DNA of 64,000 bases from Eledone cirrhosa (taxonomy: Eukaryota), in contig OZ024743.1 in NCBI GenBank assembly GCA_964016885.1, positions 86,490,001 to 86,554,000 of the forward strand, written 5' to 3'. Shown piece after piece: positions 43,077 through 57,083 of this stretch. Positions within the stretch are counted from its first letter, which is position 1, and each line of letters begins with the position of its first letter. The notes under the pieces are model-generated. The model did no database searches and was not told where the DNA came from. It saw only the letters and a list, made by a program, of their open reading frames with translations. The translations under genes were made by a program, and so were the position numbers.

Positions 43077-43680
43077 CAGTCATCAAATAATAATGACGTA
43101 AAATTGGTAAATAAAGGGGGATTACTATAATTTATCATCTATAGGGTTATTTAATTCGGACTGCAAACAAAATAAAAATAAGTAGAAAAAATAATATTTA
43201 ATCACCGACAGAACCTCAACTAATTCGACAAATTCGTACTAATTGTTATCAAATATTAATGAACCTGCAGCATTGTCGAGAGTATCACACTAAAGACTAC
43301 TAAAACTCGGTTACTATATGAAAAGTCGATAAGTCCGACGGTAGCATTACCTGTACCAATAGGGGAGTGTTCTAACAGGAGCAAAGATTTAAACTCTACG
43401 GTAAAGGGAACTCACAAATTCCTAAGGTGCAAGCCCGGTGTTCTCAATCCCGGTATGACCTGTATGTATTACCAAGGGTGGGGAGTGGGAAGTGTATGCA
43501 ATTTCCGCATTAGGGAGGGTTCAACTATTTAACTATATACGCCCAAATGGGTCTGTGGGACTAAGTCTAATGGGGCGAGTCGTGGAATTACCTTCCTCGT
43601 AATAGTAATAAGTTGTTATGAATGATCCAATATAATTCGTCAACAATATTAAGGACGTTTCGTAACTATCTAAAATCATA

Positions 43681-44064
43681 TCTTTATATATATAAAAGCG
43701 AGGATGTGTGTGTGTCTGTGTGCAACTTTGCATACGTAAAGCTTTTACAATTACCAACTGAATTTGACCAAATTTTCTGTGCACGTTGCACAGGTCGCTA
43801 AGATTGTCACATCACAAACATTTTTCAAATCGACCCACGTTGAGCAATAAAAAATCGATATCAAAATTATCGGTAGCAAAATTGATGTAAGGGAGATAAC
43901 CAACTTTATTGACAATCCTTATAAAAATGGAAGATAACCAACTTTATTGACAAATATAAACATCAGATTCATTTGAAGATAAATCACTAATATTATCGTT
44001 TGTTTCTTGTTTGTTCTTTGTTGCATTTCAAACCCCGGGCAACGCCAAGGAATTTATCTGCTAG
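43681..44064 (+). mobile_element. Non-autonomous Helitron
   Basis: A|TCTTTATATATATAAAAGCGAGGATGTGTG ... CCCCGGGCAACGCC ... TGCTAG|T. Confidence 0.78.
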
Positions 44065-44271
44065 TTAATACTATAAGAATTGTACAAATAAAGACGATAA
44101 AGTTAATTATTATTAATAAACCTCCAGGATTGTCAGGTGCGTCATGCGATAGACCATTAAAACCCGGGTACCTAGTGATATGTCAATAAGCCCAATAACT
44201 TCACTATTTCTATTGTGGGGGATTGTTCATACGGGTTGGGTTCAATCAGAAAGTAAAAATTCATAATAGAT

Positions 44272-44414
44272 GGAGCATAGTTACCTCCCTGTATAATCTG
44301 AGTTCAAATCCCGCCGAGGTTAACTTTGCCTTTCATCCTTCCGGGGTCGATAAAATAAAGTACCAGTAATGCACTGGGTAATTGCTGGCCTTGTGCCAAA
44401 AGTAGAAACAATTA
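44272..44414 (+). mobile_element. SINE, 5'-truncated
   Basis: B-box, core and tail of the family. Confidence 0.88.
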
Positions 44415-44430
44415 CTATATATATATCATC

Positions 44431-44479
44431 GATTCCTGATGATTTCTAAAGAATGAAACAGTTCTAGTCCTGTAGAATC
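44431..44479 (+). ncRNA. Stand-alone hammerhead (same family as 35388) between microsatellites
   Basis: GATTC-CTGATGA-TTTCTAAAGAAT-GAA-ACAG-TTCTAGTC-CTGT-A-GAATC, flanked by (AT)n and (CT)n. Confidence 0.85.
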
Positions 44480-44482
44480 TCC

Positions 44483-45627
<1,145 letters not shown>

Positions 45628-45637
45628 TATTATTATT

Positions 45638-45778
45638 ACCCCGTAAGGATGAAAGGCAAAGTTAATCCCGCCGAGGTTAACTTTGCCTTTCATCCTTACG
45701 GGATCGATAAAATAAAGTACCAGTAATACACTGGGTAATTGCTGGCCTTGTGCCTAACGTAGAAACAATTATTATTAA
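45638..45778 (+). mobile_element. SINE 3' part with short inverted 5' duplication
   Basis: 45638-45665 is the reverse complement of 45677-45702; family tail follows. Confidence 0.85.
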
Positions 45779-46103
45779 TATTATTATTATTATTCTCTAC
45801 ATTCCTTACAACAAACTAAAATATGCTGACAATCTTTTAATAATGTCTTCCTTATGAAATTTGTGGTCTTGTTTTGCTTAACTAATGAATATTTCCAGCT
45901 CTGTGCGCCTAACTTCTGCATGAACCCAGCCACCTAGCTGCTTTCTACTGCATATTGCACATTGAACACATGCCTTTACGCTTTGGCTTCTAACTAATTC
46001 ACCAATCTCTCCTCTCCTACCTCCTCTCCATCTCTCTCTTTAAGATTGGTTACTCTTGAACTGTGTATATATATATATACATACATATACATATGTGTGT
46101 GTG

Positions 46104-46412
46104 TGAAGGCGCGTGGCTGAGTGGTTAGAGAATGGATTAGCAATCGTGCAGTTGTCCTTGAGCAAGACACTTTATTTGACGCTGCTCCTTCTACCTGGAT
46201 TGGCGAGCGGTAGATAGTATTAGCAACCATTATGCTTTCCAGAATAGAGTTACGTCCCTTTACGGTCTGAGTTCAAATCCTGCCGAAGTTAACTTTGTCT
46301 TTCATCCTTACGGGGTCGATAAAATAATGTACCAGTCGCGCACTGGGGTCGATTTAATCGACTTCCCCCTTCCCTCAAATTGCTGGCCTTGTGCCTGTAT
46401 AAGAAACCATTA
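46104..46412 (+). mobile_element. Composite SINE: second tRNA-head family plus main family 3' part
   Basis: GGCGCGTGGCTGAGTGGTTAGAG..GTCCTTGAGCAAGACACTT, then main SINE core from ~46232. Confidence 0.75.
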
Positions 46413-46504
46413 TGAATGTCTATTATAATTAAGAAATTAAAAATGAAATAACGAAATTTCAAATTATCAGAAAATGAAATAAAAATGCTTACAATTAATA
46501 TTTA

Positions 46505-46874
46505 CTAGCAGAATGGCCCGGCGTTGCTCGGGATTCTAAACATAGATTCAGATGCTTATCCCTCCTTTCTGAAACAGTACAGAGAAGTACGGAATATTTC
46601 GGCTTCGGGATGGTGTCTACATTTTGTGCTTATAAAAAAATCGTCGTAGATTACCAGGTTTTTTTTTCCGTGCGAAGAAAATCAATACTTTTGTTTATAT
46701 TTTGTTATTGTGTATGCAAAAATATCTGTACGAATATATAATTATATATATATATATTAAAATAACAGATTAAAGTTTAAGCAAAGAATCGCTGCTTTCA
46801 CCCTTAACGGGATCTTCTGAAACTAAAAAAATCAATCTGTGAACGCAGAATTAAATATTTCGAAAAACGTTACA

Positions 46875-46920
<46 letters not shown>

Positions 46921-47243
46921 TATATATACATATATATATATACACACACATATAGCGTCATAATGTCGTAATGCAGACAACCAGACATACAGACAGATAT
47001 TATAAGGGCGCAACGTTATATCTATGTAACTATCTAAAAAGAAAAAGACTAAGAATTATAGAAAGAGATCGCTAAAAATCGCCTAATGTGGTCCCTAGGG
47101 AATTGAAAATTTGAAATATTTTTTGCTCAAAACACTCACAGGACCATAAGTATTACATGTGTAAAGTTTGAAAACAATCGGCTGGGTGGTTCTCGAGTTT
47201 TAGTGAGCTGACAGACAGACATTCTCTGTTTTAGATATATAGA
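46505..47243 (-). mobile_element. Non-autonomous Helitron
   Basis: Minus 3' end CCCGAGCAACGCCGGG-CCATTCTGCTAG; 5' end TCTATATATCTAAAACAGAGAATGTCTGTCTG. Homology to 24720-24990. Confidence 0.78.
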
Positions 47244-47489
47244 TAATAATAAGAGCGCTGTGTGTCTGTCCGTCCGTCATGTTCACTTTATATAGAGGGA
47301 GGGGAGCTCCAAGCGAAAGATATGTACATAGATAGATGGAGATAAGGGACAGCAGTGTGTTTTCGAGGTGACAGAAAGAGGTAGATAGACAGAAGGTTAC
47401 GACTTCATCCTTATTTGAATATATAGAGGGGGAATGCCAAATGAAAGAGATGTACGTAAATAGAGAGAGAAAAAGAACGTCATTTGTTT

Positions 47490-47573
<84 letters not shown>

Positions 47574-48261
47574 TGTGTGTGTGTGTGTGTATATATGTGT
47601 GTGTGTGTGTGTGTGACAGAAAGAGAGAGAAGACGTCGCCCTCATCTAGTATATATAATATATATTTAACCTAGAATATAACTGGTATTTCTACGTGGTC
47701 TCTTGTTGCGGACCATTGTTATGTGTTATGGGTGCCGGAAGTGGGGGTTAGGTGTGCAGGACTGGATAAAGACGTGAGAAGTCACGTGAGCGAAAGGGGA
47801 ATAATAAGGAACCTTTTTCTTGGATTATTACCGTAACTCGTGGACATATCTTAACGAGATGTTATGGACTCCAGAATTTCCAATAAGAGTCTGAGTATAT
47901 AGGGTTTTCTCTGACTATGTTACTAAAAAAGAGCGACGTTTGGAGCAGGACTGGAAAAATAAGCGTATTGACGTTCCCTATTTCCATAAACGTGTTCTAT
48001 GGTTGGGGCAAAGTATCAGTTACACCATAGATAACATATAAGGAAAAATGTACTATAGAAAGAACCACAAAAGATAGGGCGGGAGCACAATGTTGGTAAA
48101 ATACAATAGCAGAAATCAGTAATTTCAAGCTATCTGGTAAAGTTTTGTATGTGTTTTATTTCTTGTGCGCTAGAGTGAGAAAGTGACACATTTTATAGAT
48201 AGCAAGAGATAAACTTAGATTTCGTAGAATGAGTCTCTTATCTACAAAATGTTTGATAATA

Positions 48262-48473
48262 CTATCGAAATCAATTTTAAGGACAATGCCAACCGGCAAG
48301 AGACCCAGAGGCAGACCACATGCATGATAGCTGGATAACATCAATAAGCTCGGTTGGCGTCGCTTAGGGTCCCAGCCGGATCACTTGAAGAATGTTGTTT
48401 CTGATAGAAACCTTTGTGTCTGAGGGCTCTACCCCCATGACTCGTTCGAAAATATGTGGGTGAAGAAGAAGAA
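48262..48473 (+). mobile_element. RTE-clade LINE 3' fragment
   Basis: Translation KSILRTMPTGKRPRGRPHA**LDNINKL..VVSDRNL (RTE C-terminal GxRxRGRP motif) followed by a (GAA)4 tail. Confidence 0.75.
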
Positions 48474-48804
48474 TACTTTGAGACATTGTAGACCTTAAAT
48501 AGCTTTTAATAAAAGAAATGTTTAAATAAAACAAATTCATTACAGTGATCGTAGCGTGAGAAATTCGAGTAAAACAGAAAATAAGTGGTTAACAGCCTCT
48601 ATAGAGAATCAAACTTTGTATCTCACGATTTCCGCTTGAAAATATTTCACAAAATTTGTAGTAATTTAATATATTTAGACATTTTAAAGGTTTCAGTTCT
48701 GATTTAGAAAATAAATAACTTTATTAACTATATATGCTACATTTCTGTGGTAAAACCTTCGTCGTTATGGTTAATAGGTGTGCTAATCTCTTCGCTATTT
48801 TTCT

Positions 48805-48867
48805 AGCTTATACTCAAACATTACTTTCAGAACATTCTATTCTGAAAGTAATGTTTGAGTATAAGCT
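48805..48867. repeat. Perfect 28-bp inverted repeat hairpin
   Basis: AGCTTATACTCAAACATTACTTTCAGAA-CATTCTA-TTCTGAAAGTAATGTTTGAGTATAAGCT. Confidence 0.9.
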
Positions 48868-49149
48868 CGTTACAAACCAAACAAATTTTAAAATAACTTC
48901 ATAACAAACAGTTGCTATTTATTTTGTATTTGGTGAAATATTTAATGACGAAATTGACATTTAATAATTATTACTTCATTTCATAAATGAATTATGTAAT
49001 AAACATACTAACATAAGTACACTTCGCACATATATACCTGTCAGTTCAGTATTTCCCAAACCAGTTTTCTTTAAATAGTACTAAGTAATTTCATAAGAGA
49101 TGTAGTGAACGGCGTGAATTGCAAATTATTATTTAGTGATACATGTGGT

Positions 49150-49301
49150 GGTAGATTGGCAGTATCGGTAGTTACGTCCCTTTACGATCTGAGTTCAAAT
49201 CCCGCCGAGGTTGACTTTGCCTTTCATCCTTACGGGGTCGATAAAATAAAGTACCAGTAATGCACTGGGTATTTGCTGGCCTTGTGCCTAAATTAGAAAC
49301 A
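49150..49301 (+). mobile_element. SINE with 22-bp TSD
   Basis: TSD ATTATTTAGTGATACATGTGGT at 49128-49149 and 49302-49323. Confidence 0.92.
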
Positions 49302-50101
49302 ATTATTTAGTGATACATGTGGTTATTCCACTCAAGAAACGTCTTTCTATTGAAAGTCTTCTGATGCTAAAAGAATATAAAGCACAAAAAGGAGCTGAAA
49401 CAGAAAAACGTAAAAGAATATCTTGAGTCGAAACTGCTCAAATGAGTTCAGGCTGCTCAAATACAAGAAGAGACCCTGGGACAATGTAAAACTAGACCAT
49501 GACGTCATAATGCCAGACAGGTTAGTTAAATACAGAAAACAAACTACTGAAGAGAACCAAGCCAAAGTTCAGACAGAATGATCCAGGTACACTGGATATA
49601 AATAAGATGAAACCTCATCAAACAACGTCAAATCAAACTTCGAAACAACAATCAAGACAAACAAGTTACAAAGAACAAGAAACAGAAGAGAAACAAGATG
49701 AACGACTTAAGGCTCAAAGAACAACACAAGCTCAAACACGATCTCGGACCTTTAATACGTTCCGTGTGCTAAACCTGATTATGTTGATATGTTTAGTACA
49801 AAAAACAAAATAAAACATTATTACAAAGATAATAATTTTTCAAAATCTTCCATTTAATTTTTTGACAATATTAGTGCATTTCTTTTAAAGTACACAATAA
49901 TGAAAGTATTTTGAAGAAATTAAATGATAAACAGGAAAAGAGAAAATAAAATAAAATAAAAGAAGAGAAGGGCGAAATTCTACCCCTTTGACGGAGAGCT
50001 ACATCTCAGCTGAGCATCCATCACAGACAAGATGATGAAAACAGTGCCGAGGAGAACAACCAGTGACACACAGTGCAACAGCTATACCATTATATATATT
50101 G

Positions 50102-50148
50102 CTGATGATTTCTAAAGAATGAAACAGTTCTAGTCCTGTAGAATCTCA

Positions 50149-50152
<4 letters not shown>
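50102..50152 (+). ncRNA. Hammerhead fragment lacking the 5' strand of helix I
   Basis: Begins exactly at CTGATGA; the rest is identical to 44436-44480; followed by (TA)n. Confidence 0.7.
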
Positions 50153-50247
<95 letters not shown>

Positions 50248-50379
50248 CGAGGTTATATTTAATTTTTTGGGGATACAACAAGCAAAATATTTTTATAAGT
50301 GATATAAAGCACTCAACAAATTATTGGAGTAAATATACAATATATTAACAAATGGAAACTATATTTATAAAACCATATT

Positions 50380-50445
50380 TATTTCATTATACATATTTCA
50401 AGGGCCACCAGAGCAAACTATGGTGCGCTTTCATCAGATAAAATA
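50380..50445 (-). ncRNA. Type I hammerhead ribozyme
   Basis: Reverse complement of 51114-51179. Confidence 0.85.
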
Positions 50446-51113
50446 TAATATAGGTTAGTTTTATAAATAAATATTGACATACCCTTAAAAATGCAACCAT
50501 TCTGCTTGGAATCTCCTGGATAGTGGAGTTATTAGATTTATTGTTGGTTTATTATGCAAATTAGTGTTGGAAAGGTTTAAAAACAGTATATTTAAATTAA
50601 GCCGTTGGAATAGGGAAAAAAGAGAAAAAAAGAAAACGAAAGAAAGAAAGAGAAAAAACCTGAGTATATTTAAGTGGGAGAGAATAGCGTAATTTTGAGA
50701 GAAGAGGCGAAGAAATAAATATAGCGTGGATGAATACCGTAAGATGGATAAACAATAATAATAAACAATAATAAAGATGGATAAACAATAATAAAGATAA
50801 GTTGAAGAATTTTATCTAATGTTTAATTAATAAATTTGATTAAATGCTTAATTAATCATTTATCAATTCAATCCGTAGTTTAAATGTTTAAATGTGTATG
50901 TTAGATTATTCTTTCTTTCGTTTTCTCTTTTTTTCTCTTTTTTCCCCATTACAACGGCTTAATTTAAATATACTGTTTTTAAACCTTTCCACCACTAATT
51001 TGCATAATAAACCAACAATAAATCTAATAACTCCACTATCCAGGAGATTCCAACCAGAATGGTTGCATTTTTAAGGGTATGTCAATATTTATTTATAAAA
51101 CTAACCTATATTA

Positions 51114-51179
51114 TATTTTATCTGATGAAAGCGCACCATAGTTTGTTCTGGTGGCCCTTGAAATATGTATAATGAAATA
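51114..51179 (+). ncRNA. Type I hammerhead ribozyme
   Basis: TATTTTAT-CTGATGA-AAGCGCACCA..TGGTGGCCCTT-GAA-ATATGTAT-A-ATGAAATA. Confidence 0.85.
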
Positions 51180-51210
51180 AATATGGTTTTATAAATATAG
51201 TTTCCATTTG

Positions 51211-51253
<43 letters not shown>

Positions 51254-51435
51254 TGTTGGCTTCTTGCTACAATAATTTCTATACTTTTCATTTATATATA
51301 TATACAAATATATTACACAGAGAGAAGTGTGTTACACAGTGAGATGTGTGTAAAGAATTATTACATGTGGGTTTAACCGTTACTGTATGGAAAACAACAC
51401 CTGTGAACTGTGGAATACTCTAATTCCGATCCTTG

Positions 51436-51468
<33 letters not shown>

Positions 51469-51509
51469 CGATATTAAACAAATGGAAACTATATTTATAA
51501 AACCATATT

Positions 51510-51575
51510 TATTTCGTTATATATATTTCTGGGATATCATATTAAAAATATGTTATGCCTTCCTCAGACAAAATA
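51510..51575 (-). ncRNA. Type I hammerhead ribozyme
   Basis: Reverse complement of 52668-52733. Confidence 0.75.
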
Positions 51576-51700
51576 CAATACATAAGCTGTTTTATAAATA
51601 ATTAGTGACATACCTTGTGATAATGCAACTTCCTTTTAAAAAGTTGATTTGGTAAAGTTGATTTAAAAGGAAGTTGCATTATCACAAGGTATGTCACTAA

Positions 51701-52641
51701 TCTATATATATAAAACTGTGGTTGTCTGTCTGTCTATCGATTTTTGGCACACATCTCCTCTTAGAATCTCTCACGGAATTGCACCGAAATTGCTATACTT
51801 GTACATTGAGCCCTAGCGAAGACATCGGAAAAAAATAAATTTCAAATTGACCCACCCTATGTGACGAAATCGAATATAATGTATCGATTTTTGAGCGTAA
51901 GTTATCAGTTATTTCCCTTTGTTCTGTTTACATTGAGCGTCTTACGTAAAAAATTACGCTGGCTTTCTCAGCGTTTAAAATGACATAGCAAAATATTGAC
52001 CTGCAAAATTCATCAGTTCGAACACTAAGCTTCCGTTTTGCTTCATTTCCATTTAAAAGCATTTTAAAACAATATTTTTACTTGAAAACAAGTCTATTTA
52101 AAGACTACGTAAAACAAGCAAATATTTCGTCGTTAGGCGTGCAGACAGACAGTCGTGCAGAGAGGTGATATACGCGTGCAGACAGATAGTCGTGCAGAGA
52201 GGTGATATAGGCGTGCAGACAGATAGTCGTGCAGAGAGGTGATATAGGCGTGCAGACAGACAGTCGTGCAGAGAGGTGATATAGGCGTGCAGACAGACAG
52301 TCGTGCAGAGAGGTGATATAGGCGTGCAGACAGACATAACTGATAATTTGGTTACGCTAATGTTTTTCTGTGCGTTGCAGTGTTTACATTTTCGATCTTT
52401 GTTAATAAATAACAAGTGCAGTTTTTATCCCCAGCATCCTCTTTTGTTATAACATTCGGGTTATCGTTATGTTTTCTTAACTTCATAAGGCATATTGTTG
52501 GTTGAGGGAATATTAATCAAAAACACCACATGCAAGTCTGCACAGTAGACACTACAGTTTTTAAGCCAAAAAAGAAACTTAACATTGTAACTTTAACACA
52601 GCTACTGAGCGACCCCGAGCAACGCCGGGCTTTACTGCTAG
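51701..52641 (+). mobile_element. Non-autonomous Helitron containing a 37-bp minisatellite (52136-52335)
   Basis: A|TCTATATATATAAAACTG ... CCCGAGCAACGCCGGG-CTTTACTGCTAG|T. The opposite palindrome arm shows the empty site. Unit GGCGTGCAGACAGACAGTCGTGCAGAGAGGTGATATA x~5.4. Confidence 0.88.
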
Positions 52642-52667
52642 TTATTTATAAAACAGCTTATGTATTG

Positions 52668-52733
52668 TATTTTGTCTGAGGAAGGCATAACATATTTTTA
52701 ATATGATATCCCAGAAATATATATAACGAAATA
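52668..52733 (+). ncRNA. Type I hammerhead ribozyme
   Basis: TATTTTGT-CTGAGGA-AGGCATAACATATT..AATATGATATCCCA-GAA-ATATATAT-A-ACGAAATA. Confidence 0.75.
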
Positions 52734-52861
52734 AATATGGTTTTATAAATATAGTTTCCATTTGTTTAATATCGTAAACCTACTCCAGAAACTGTTGAGT
52801 GCTTTTATATCAGTTATAAAATATTTACTCGTTGTAACCCAACAATCTTAAATAAAACTTT

Positions 52862-52914
<53 letters not shown>

Positions 52915-52958
52915 AAGTTAAATAAAAGTCAAATGATTAAAATTTAGCTTCGTTTATT

Positions 52959-53013
52959 ACTGCTATATATATTTCAGTGACAGCCATCTTTGGCTGTGAC
53001 CTCTTCGGGCAGT
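52959..53013 (-). ncRNA. Type I hammerhead (U4C lesion) in inverted pLTR
   Basis: Minus: ACTGC-CCGAAGA-GGTCACAGCCA-AAGA-TGGCTGTCACT-GAA-ATATATAT-A-GCAGT-AATAAA. Confidence 0.75.
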
Positions 53014-53757
53014 TTGAATTAGTATGGTATAGACAAGTACATATGTTGTTTAGGTGTATGATATTGTCAATACTCTGATATGCCCAGTTCCTTGTTGGGT
53101 TGTTAATTCACTGGGGAACTGGAGTCATATGAATTCAAACAAACGAATTTTCGTGTCACAGGTCCCCTTCTCCTCTCATTGGTCAGTTATTAGAACATTC
53201 CTCATTCTAAGTGTTGTTATTGTTGGAGTTAGCTTAAAAATTGATAAAATGGTAGAAGGGACAAGGTGTTAAAGGAACAAAATAACAAAAAAAGTGTCAA
53301 ACTTCCCATTGTTCAGTTCTGAGAGCATTCCTCAGTCAGAAGTCTATAGAATTCTTTCTGGGGTGAGGCTCCCTGTAGTGTTTTTGCCTGCTATTGTTCA
53401 GTACATTTGACCTCCACCATTATTTTGGTACTGTTGTTGTTGTAGTGGTCAGCTTATATCTTGCTGCTGCTAACAATTTAGAAGTATCCAGTTTGTGTTT
53501 TCTCTTCATCCCTCCCACCACCATCGTAGGTTCTTTCATGTATATGAAGAAATATAAGGCAATAAATGAAGAAAACAGAAAATAAATAAATAATATAATA
53601 AAATAAAATAATTAATATAATTTGTGTAATTTGAAAATAAATCGTCGAGTGCTCCAGCCTGCATACTGAGGTGTTGGTATACAACCAACATAAACTCAAA
53701 ATCTATCTAGCTCCCACACGGGTTGAGCGCTTCAAACAGTAGCGGACCTAAGTCACT

Positions 53758-56426
53758 ATGGATAAACTGGCAACCTTAGCGTCACTGAAGGACATCCCCC
53801 TACCTGATAAACGAGAATACACCAGTGATCTCATCAAGAGTACGGACTCCTTCATCCGTAGGATGAGATGGAAGGCGTTCCACTTCGAAAGAGGAACGCA
53901 GAAAACTACAAACACAGAAAACATGGAGTACCTTTTTCGATCAAGGAGGAATCCCCCCCCACAACAGACTAATGGAGGAGTTTGAAAACGAGATGATTAA
54001 CATCATATCCAACCTCAAATTCTCCGGAAACCCAACCAGAAGTCAGGAGTACCTCAGATACCTGAGAAACCGGATTACAGTACTTAAAGGGACAACTGGA
54101 ATACTTGTCCATGCTGACAAAACAAACAACCTCTACAACATGAACACTGAACTGTACAATAAGCTAATCCTCAGGGAACTGAGGAAGTGCTATAAAAAAA
54201 CACCTGGATTTACCCTGGATGAGATCAATGCCACAGCTTACAGGATTATATCCAGAATCGGCATAGAGGACAGGACGGCCCCATACCAACCAAGGGAGCC
54301 GCGGATTACCCTTAAAGATCCACAAGTCAAACTTTGAGTCCGACCTCCCTGTCAGACTAATAGCCCCCTCCAGATCTGACCTAGGGATCGTCAGTAAAAG
54401 AATACTGGATAGGATTTTGCCCAAGCTTCGGAAGAAAACCAAATTACAGCAATGGTCACTCACGAGAGAAGTAATAGAATGGTTTAAAATACTGCATGAG
54501 AAAAGTAGGACCAGCTTTATACAACTGGACATCGCAAGCTACTACTCCTCAATCTCACCCATAGTACTTAATAAGGCCCTATTTTTAGCGATGTCCAATA
54601 CGGACCTAACCCGAGAGGAGGTGAGCCTCATCCACGCCGCAAGAAAGACCTTAATCCGCTTCGATGGAGACCTTTGAACCAGGAGTGATTGGCCAAATAA
54701 CTTTGACATCACGATGGGCTCCAGCGACTCAGCGCAGGTAACGGACCTGGTTGGGCTCTACCTGCTGAAGCAGATAAAAGATGAAATCCCCTGCCTGGGC
54801 GGCGGATTATATCGTGACGATGCTCTATTCACAGTACATAACCACAGCACCAATATGTTGGCGGGTATGAGGAGGTGTATTCGCCATTTCTTTAAGAACC
54901 AGGGGCTCAGCATAGAAATAGACCCAAATAGGAAGGTAGTTAACTTCCTAGACACCACCCTAAACCTGAACACCGAGCAATACTACCCCTACCACAAGCC
55001 CAACGAGAAACTAGTATATGTTAACGCCAAATCAAACCACCCTAGATCCATAACCAAGGCAGTGGTGAAGAGTGTCTCGGACAGGATCTCCAGCCTGTCC
55101 GCAAGTAAGGAAATATTCAACAACCGCGCGGAATATTACAACGCAGCTCTAAAGAAGGCGGCACATGGACAAAATATAACATATAGTCCGAAAATCCGGA
55201 GGTGGATAGCCCAACAGACACCCACAACCGCGTTGCCAGAGGGGGGAGGGCGAACCCTAACAATACAGGCAGAGCAGAATCAAATAGGCACCATGTACCA
55301 GACACCACCACACGGGCGGTGGGGACTAGTGCGCTTGACCACGAGATGGAGCACAATATGAGTAGCAGTCTCAGGCGTGATGCTAACTACCCCAGGACGG
55401 ACAACTCCAACCGCAGGACACGTGGGGGGGGGGGCGACGACCCCACGATGGATCTCCCGGGGCAGACAACAACCACCCCACAAATTCGGGCCGCGAAGAT
55501 AACAAAAAGTATAGAGCCCAAAAGGGAAGCAACAGTGCCGAAACCACCAGCAAACCAACAAATCTCCAACAAATCACGAAGCCCCCAACCCACACATATA
55601 GGAGGAGACACCGACAAATAACGTGGTACAACCCACCCTACTCAGCGGCCCTAAAGAAAAGCTTGGCCCGATTATTCTTTGGAGCACTTGACAAATGCTT
55701 CCCGAGGGACCACAGATACCACAGGATCTTCAACAGACACACTGTGAAGCTTTCGTATTCCACCACGAGAAATTTGGCCCAACACATAGCTAGCATCAAC
55801 AGAAGTAGGCTTAAAAACCACACACAACCAGAAGATGGCAATACAAACACTCAGCAGAACCATGTGAAAGGAGGGAAGGGGGGACCCAGAGACCACCCAA
55901 GAAACACAAACAGACCCAAGGACCCCCCACCGAGCATGGGGGAAGACCAACATGTAACACATAATGAGAACCCTAATCTAGGCACGCAGAGGCCGACCAC
56001 CCTCTGCAACTGTAGAAACCCCGAATCATGCCCCCTTGGTAATGAATGTCTCAAGAAGAACATAGTGTACGGTTGTAGGGTTAAAACCCCCAACTCCGAA
56101 CACCTCTACATAGGAGCCACATCAACGAGCTTTAAGGACCGCTGGTACAACCATCGCCATTCATTCAAGAAGGAGGCCAAAAGGAAAAGCACAGCTCTAT
56201 CCGACCTGATCTGGAAGCTTAAGCTGGACAGGACCCCATACTCTCTGGCCTGGTACATAATCAGGAAAGTACCGATAAAGGGGGATCTTGCATATGCAAA
56301 CTATGCCTGAACGAGACCCTCGAGATAATAAGAGGTGGAAGCGGCCTGATAAACCTCAGAACCGACTTCTTCGGGACATGCAGACACCTTAGAGCCGGGA
56401 CCTTTCTCAAAATATATGGACAGTAG
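53758..56426 (+). pseudogene. PLE RT plus GIY-YIG polyprotein, disrupted by several frameshifts and a stop
   Basis: SLKDIPLP..FIRRMRWKAF, ADKTNNLY, RITLKD, VRLIAPSRSDLG, QLDIASYYSSI, FDITMGSSDSAQVTDLVGL, GLYRDDAL, NFLDTTLNL, WYNPP, CNCR..CPLGNECL, YIGAT..FKDRW..H, CKLCLNE..CRH. Confidence 0.93.
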
Positions 56427-56905
56427 CAACACAAGAAGATGTGAACTCCCCTCAAGCTATAGGGACTTCTACAGAACATGAAAACACCTCTCGGCCAGAC
56501 CCCCCTCAAGCTATATGGGCAATAACAACACCCTAGGTTGTGAACTCCCCTCAAGCCATAGGGAACAACCCAGGCGGAGCAGACACCATGATAGCCTAGA
56601 GATAGAATCGGACACAGCCATAATAATTTGGCCAACATCTATAACATAAACACTTTTAATTTACCAGATTTCTGACTTTCAAGTTCCAATCTTAAATCTT
56701 GATTTCTCTTTATTAATTTGTTATTTGTTTTCTGCCCTCTTCACTGTATCACCTTATATTTATTTTAAGTTGAGATAGATTATAACACAAACACATTGAA
56801 TATCTCATCTTAACATCTTGTATCATACCAATCTATCCAACATATTCTGACCTTGAGATTGGTTATAGCACACACACACACACACTTTATCCTACATTAT
56901 TTCTC

Positions 56906-57083
56906 GGATTGGCAGTATCGGTAGAGGGTCGGACGCCATGCTTTCCAGCATAGTTACGTCCCTTTTCGATCTGAGTTCAAATCCCGCTGAGGTTGACTTT
57001 GCCTTTCATCCTTGCGGGGTCGATAAAATAAAGTACCAGTAATGTACTGGGTAATTGCTGGCCTTGTGCCAAAGGTAGAACCA
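56906..57083 (+). mobile_element. Full-length SINE inserted in the PLE 3' UTR, 10-bp TSD
   Basis: TSD ATTATTTCTC on both sides; A- and B-boxes present. Confidence 0.92.

Larger units (their letters stand above)
50248..51216. mobile_element. Inverted pLTR pair (AT-rich hammerhead family), no ORF
   Basis: 50339-50648 is the reverse complement of 50911-51216; flanked by (TG)/(TA)n. Confidence 0.85.
51468..52864. mobile_element. Fold-back pLTR element interrupted by a Helitron
   Basis: Left arm 51468-51640; right arm 51662-51700 plus 52643-52775; family tail to 52864, then (AT)n. Confidence 0.85.

Noticed and set aside
43533-43784. ORF containing YIG
   Set aside because: Spans a Helitron junction and lacks the other GIY-YIG motifs.
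51305-51440. Possible host exon in unique sequence (also 23223-23390, 59230-59810, 62165-62560)
   Set aside because: Frames checked had stops or no recognisable motif, and no convincing splice-site pair was found.
54675-54677. In-frame TGA as selenocysteine (reported for some Naiad elements)
   Set aside because: It falls at the position normally Trp before the FDxTMG motif in a frameshifted copy. The TGA at ~45029 is not at a conserved Cys either, and the Zn-motif cysteines are TGY.
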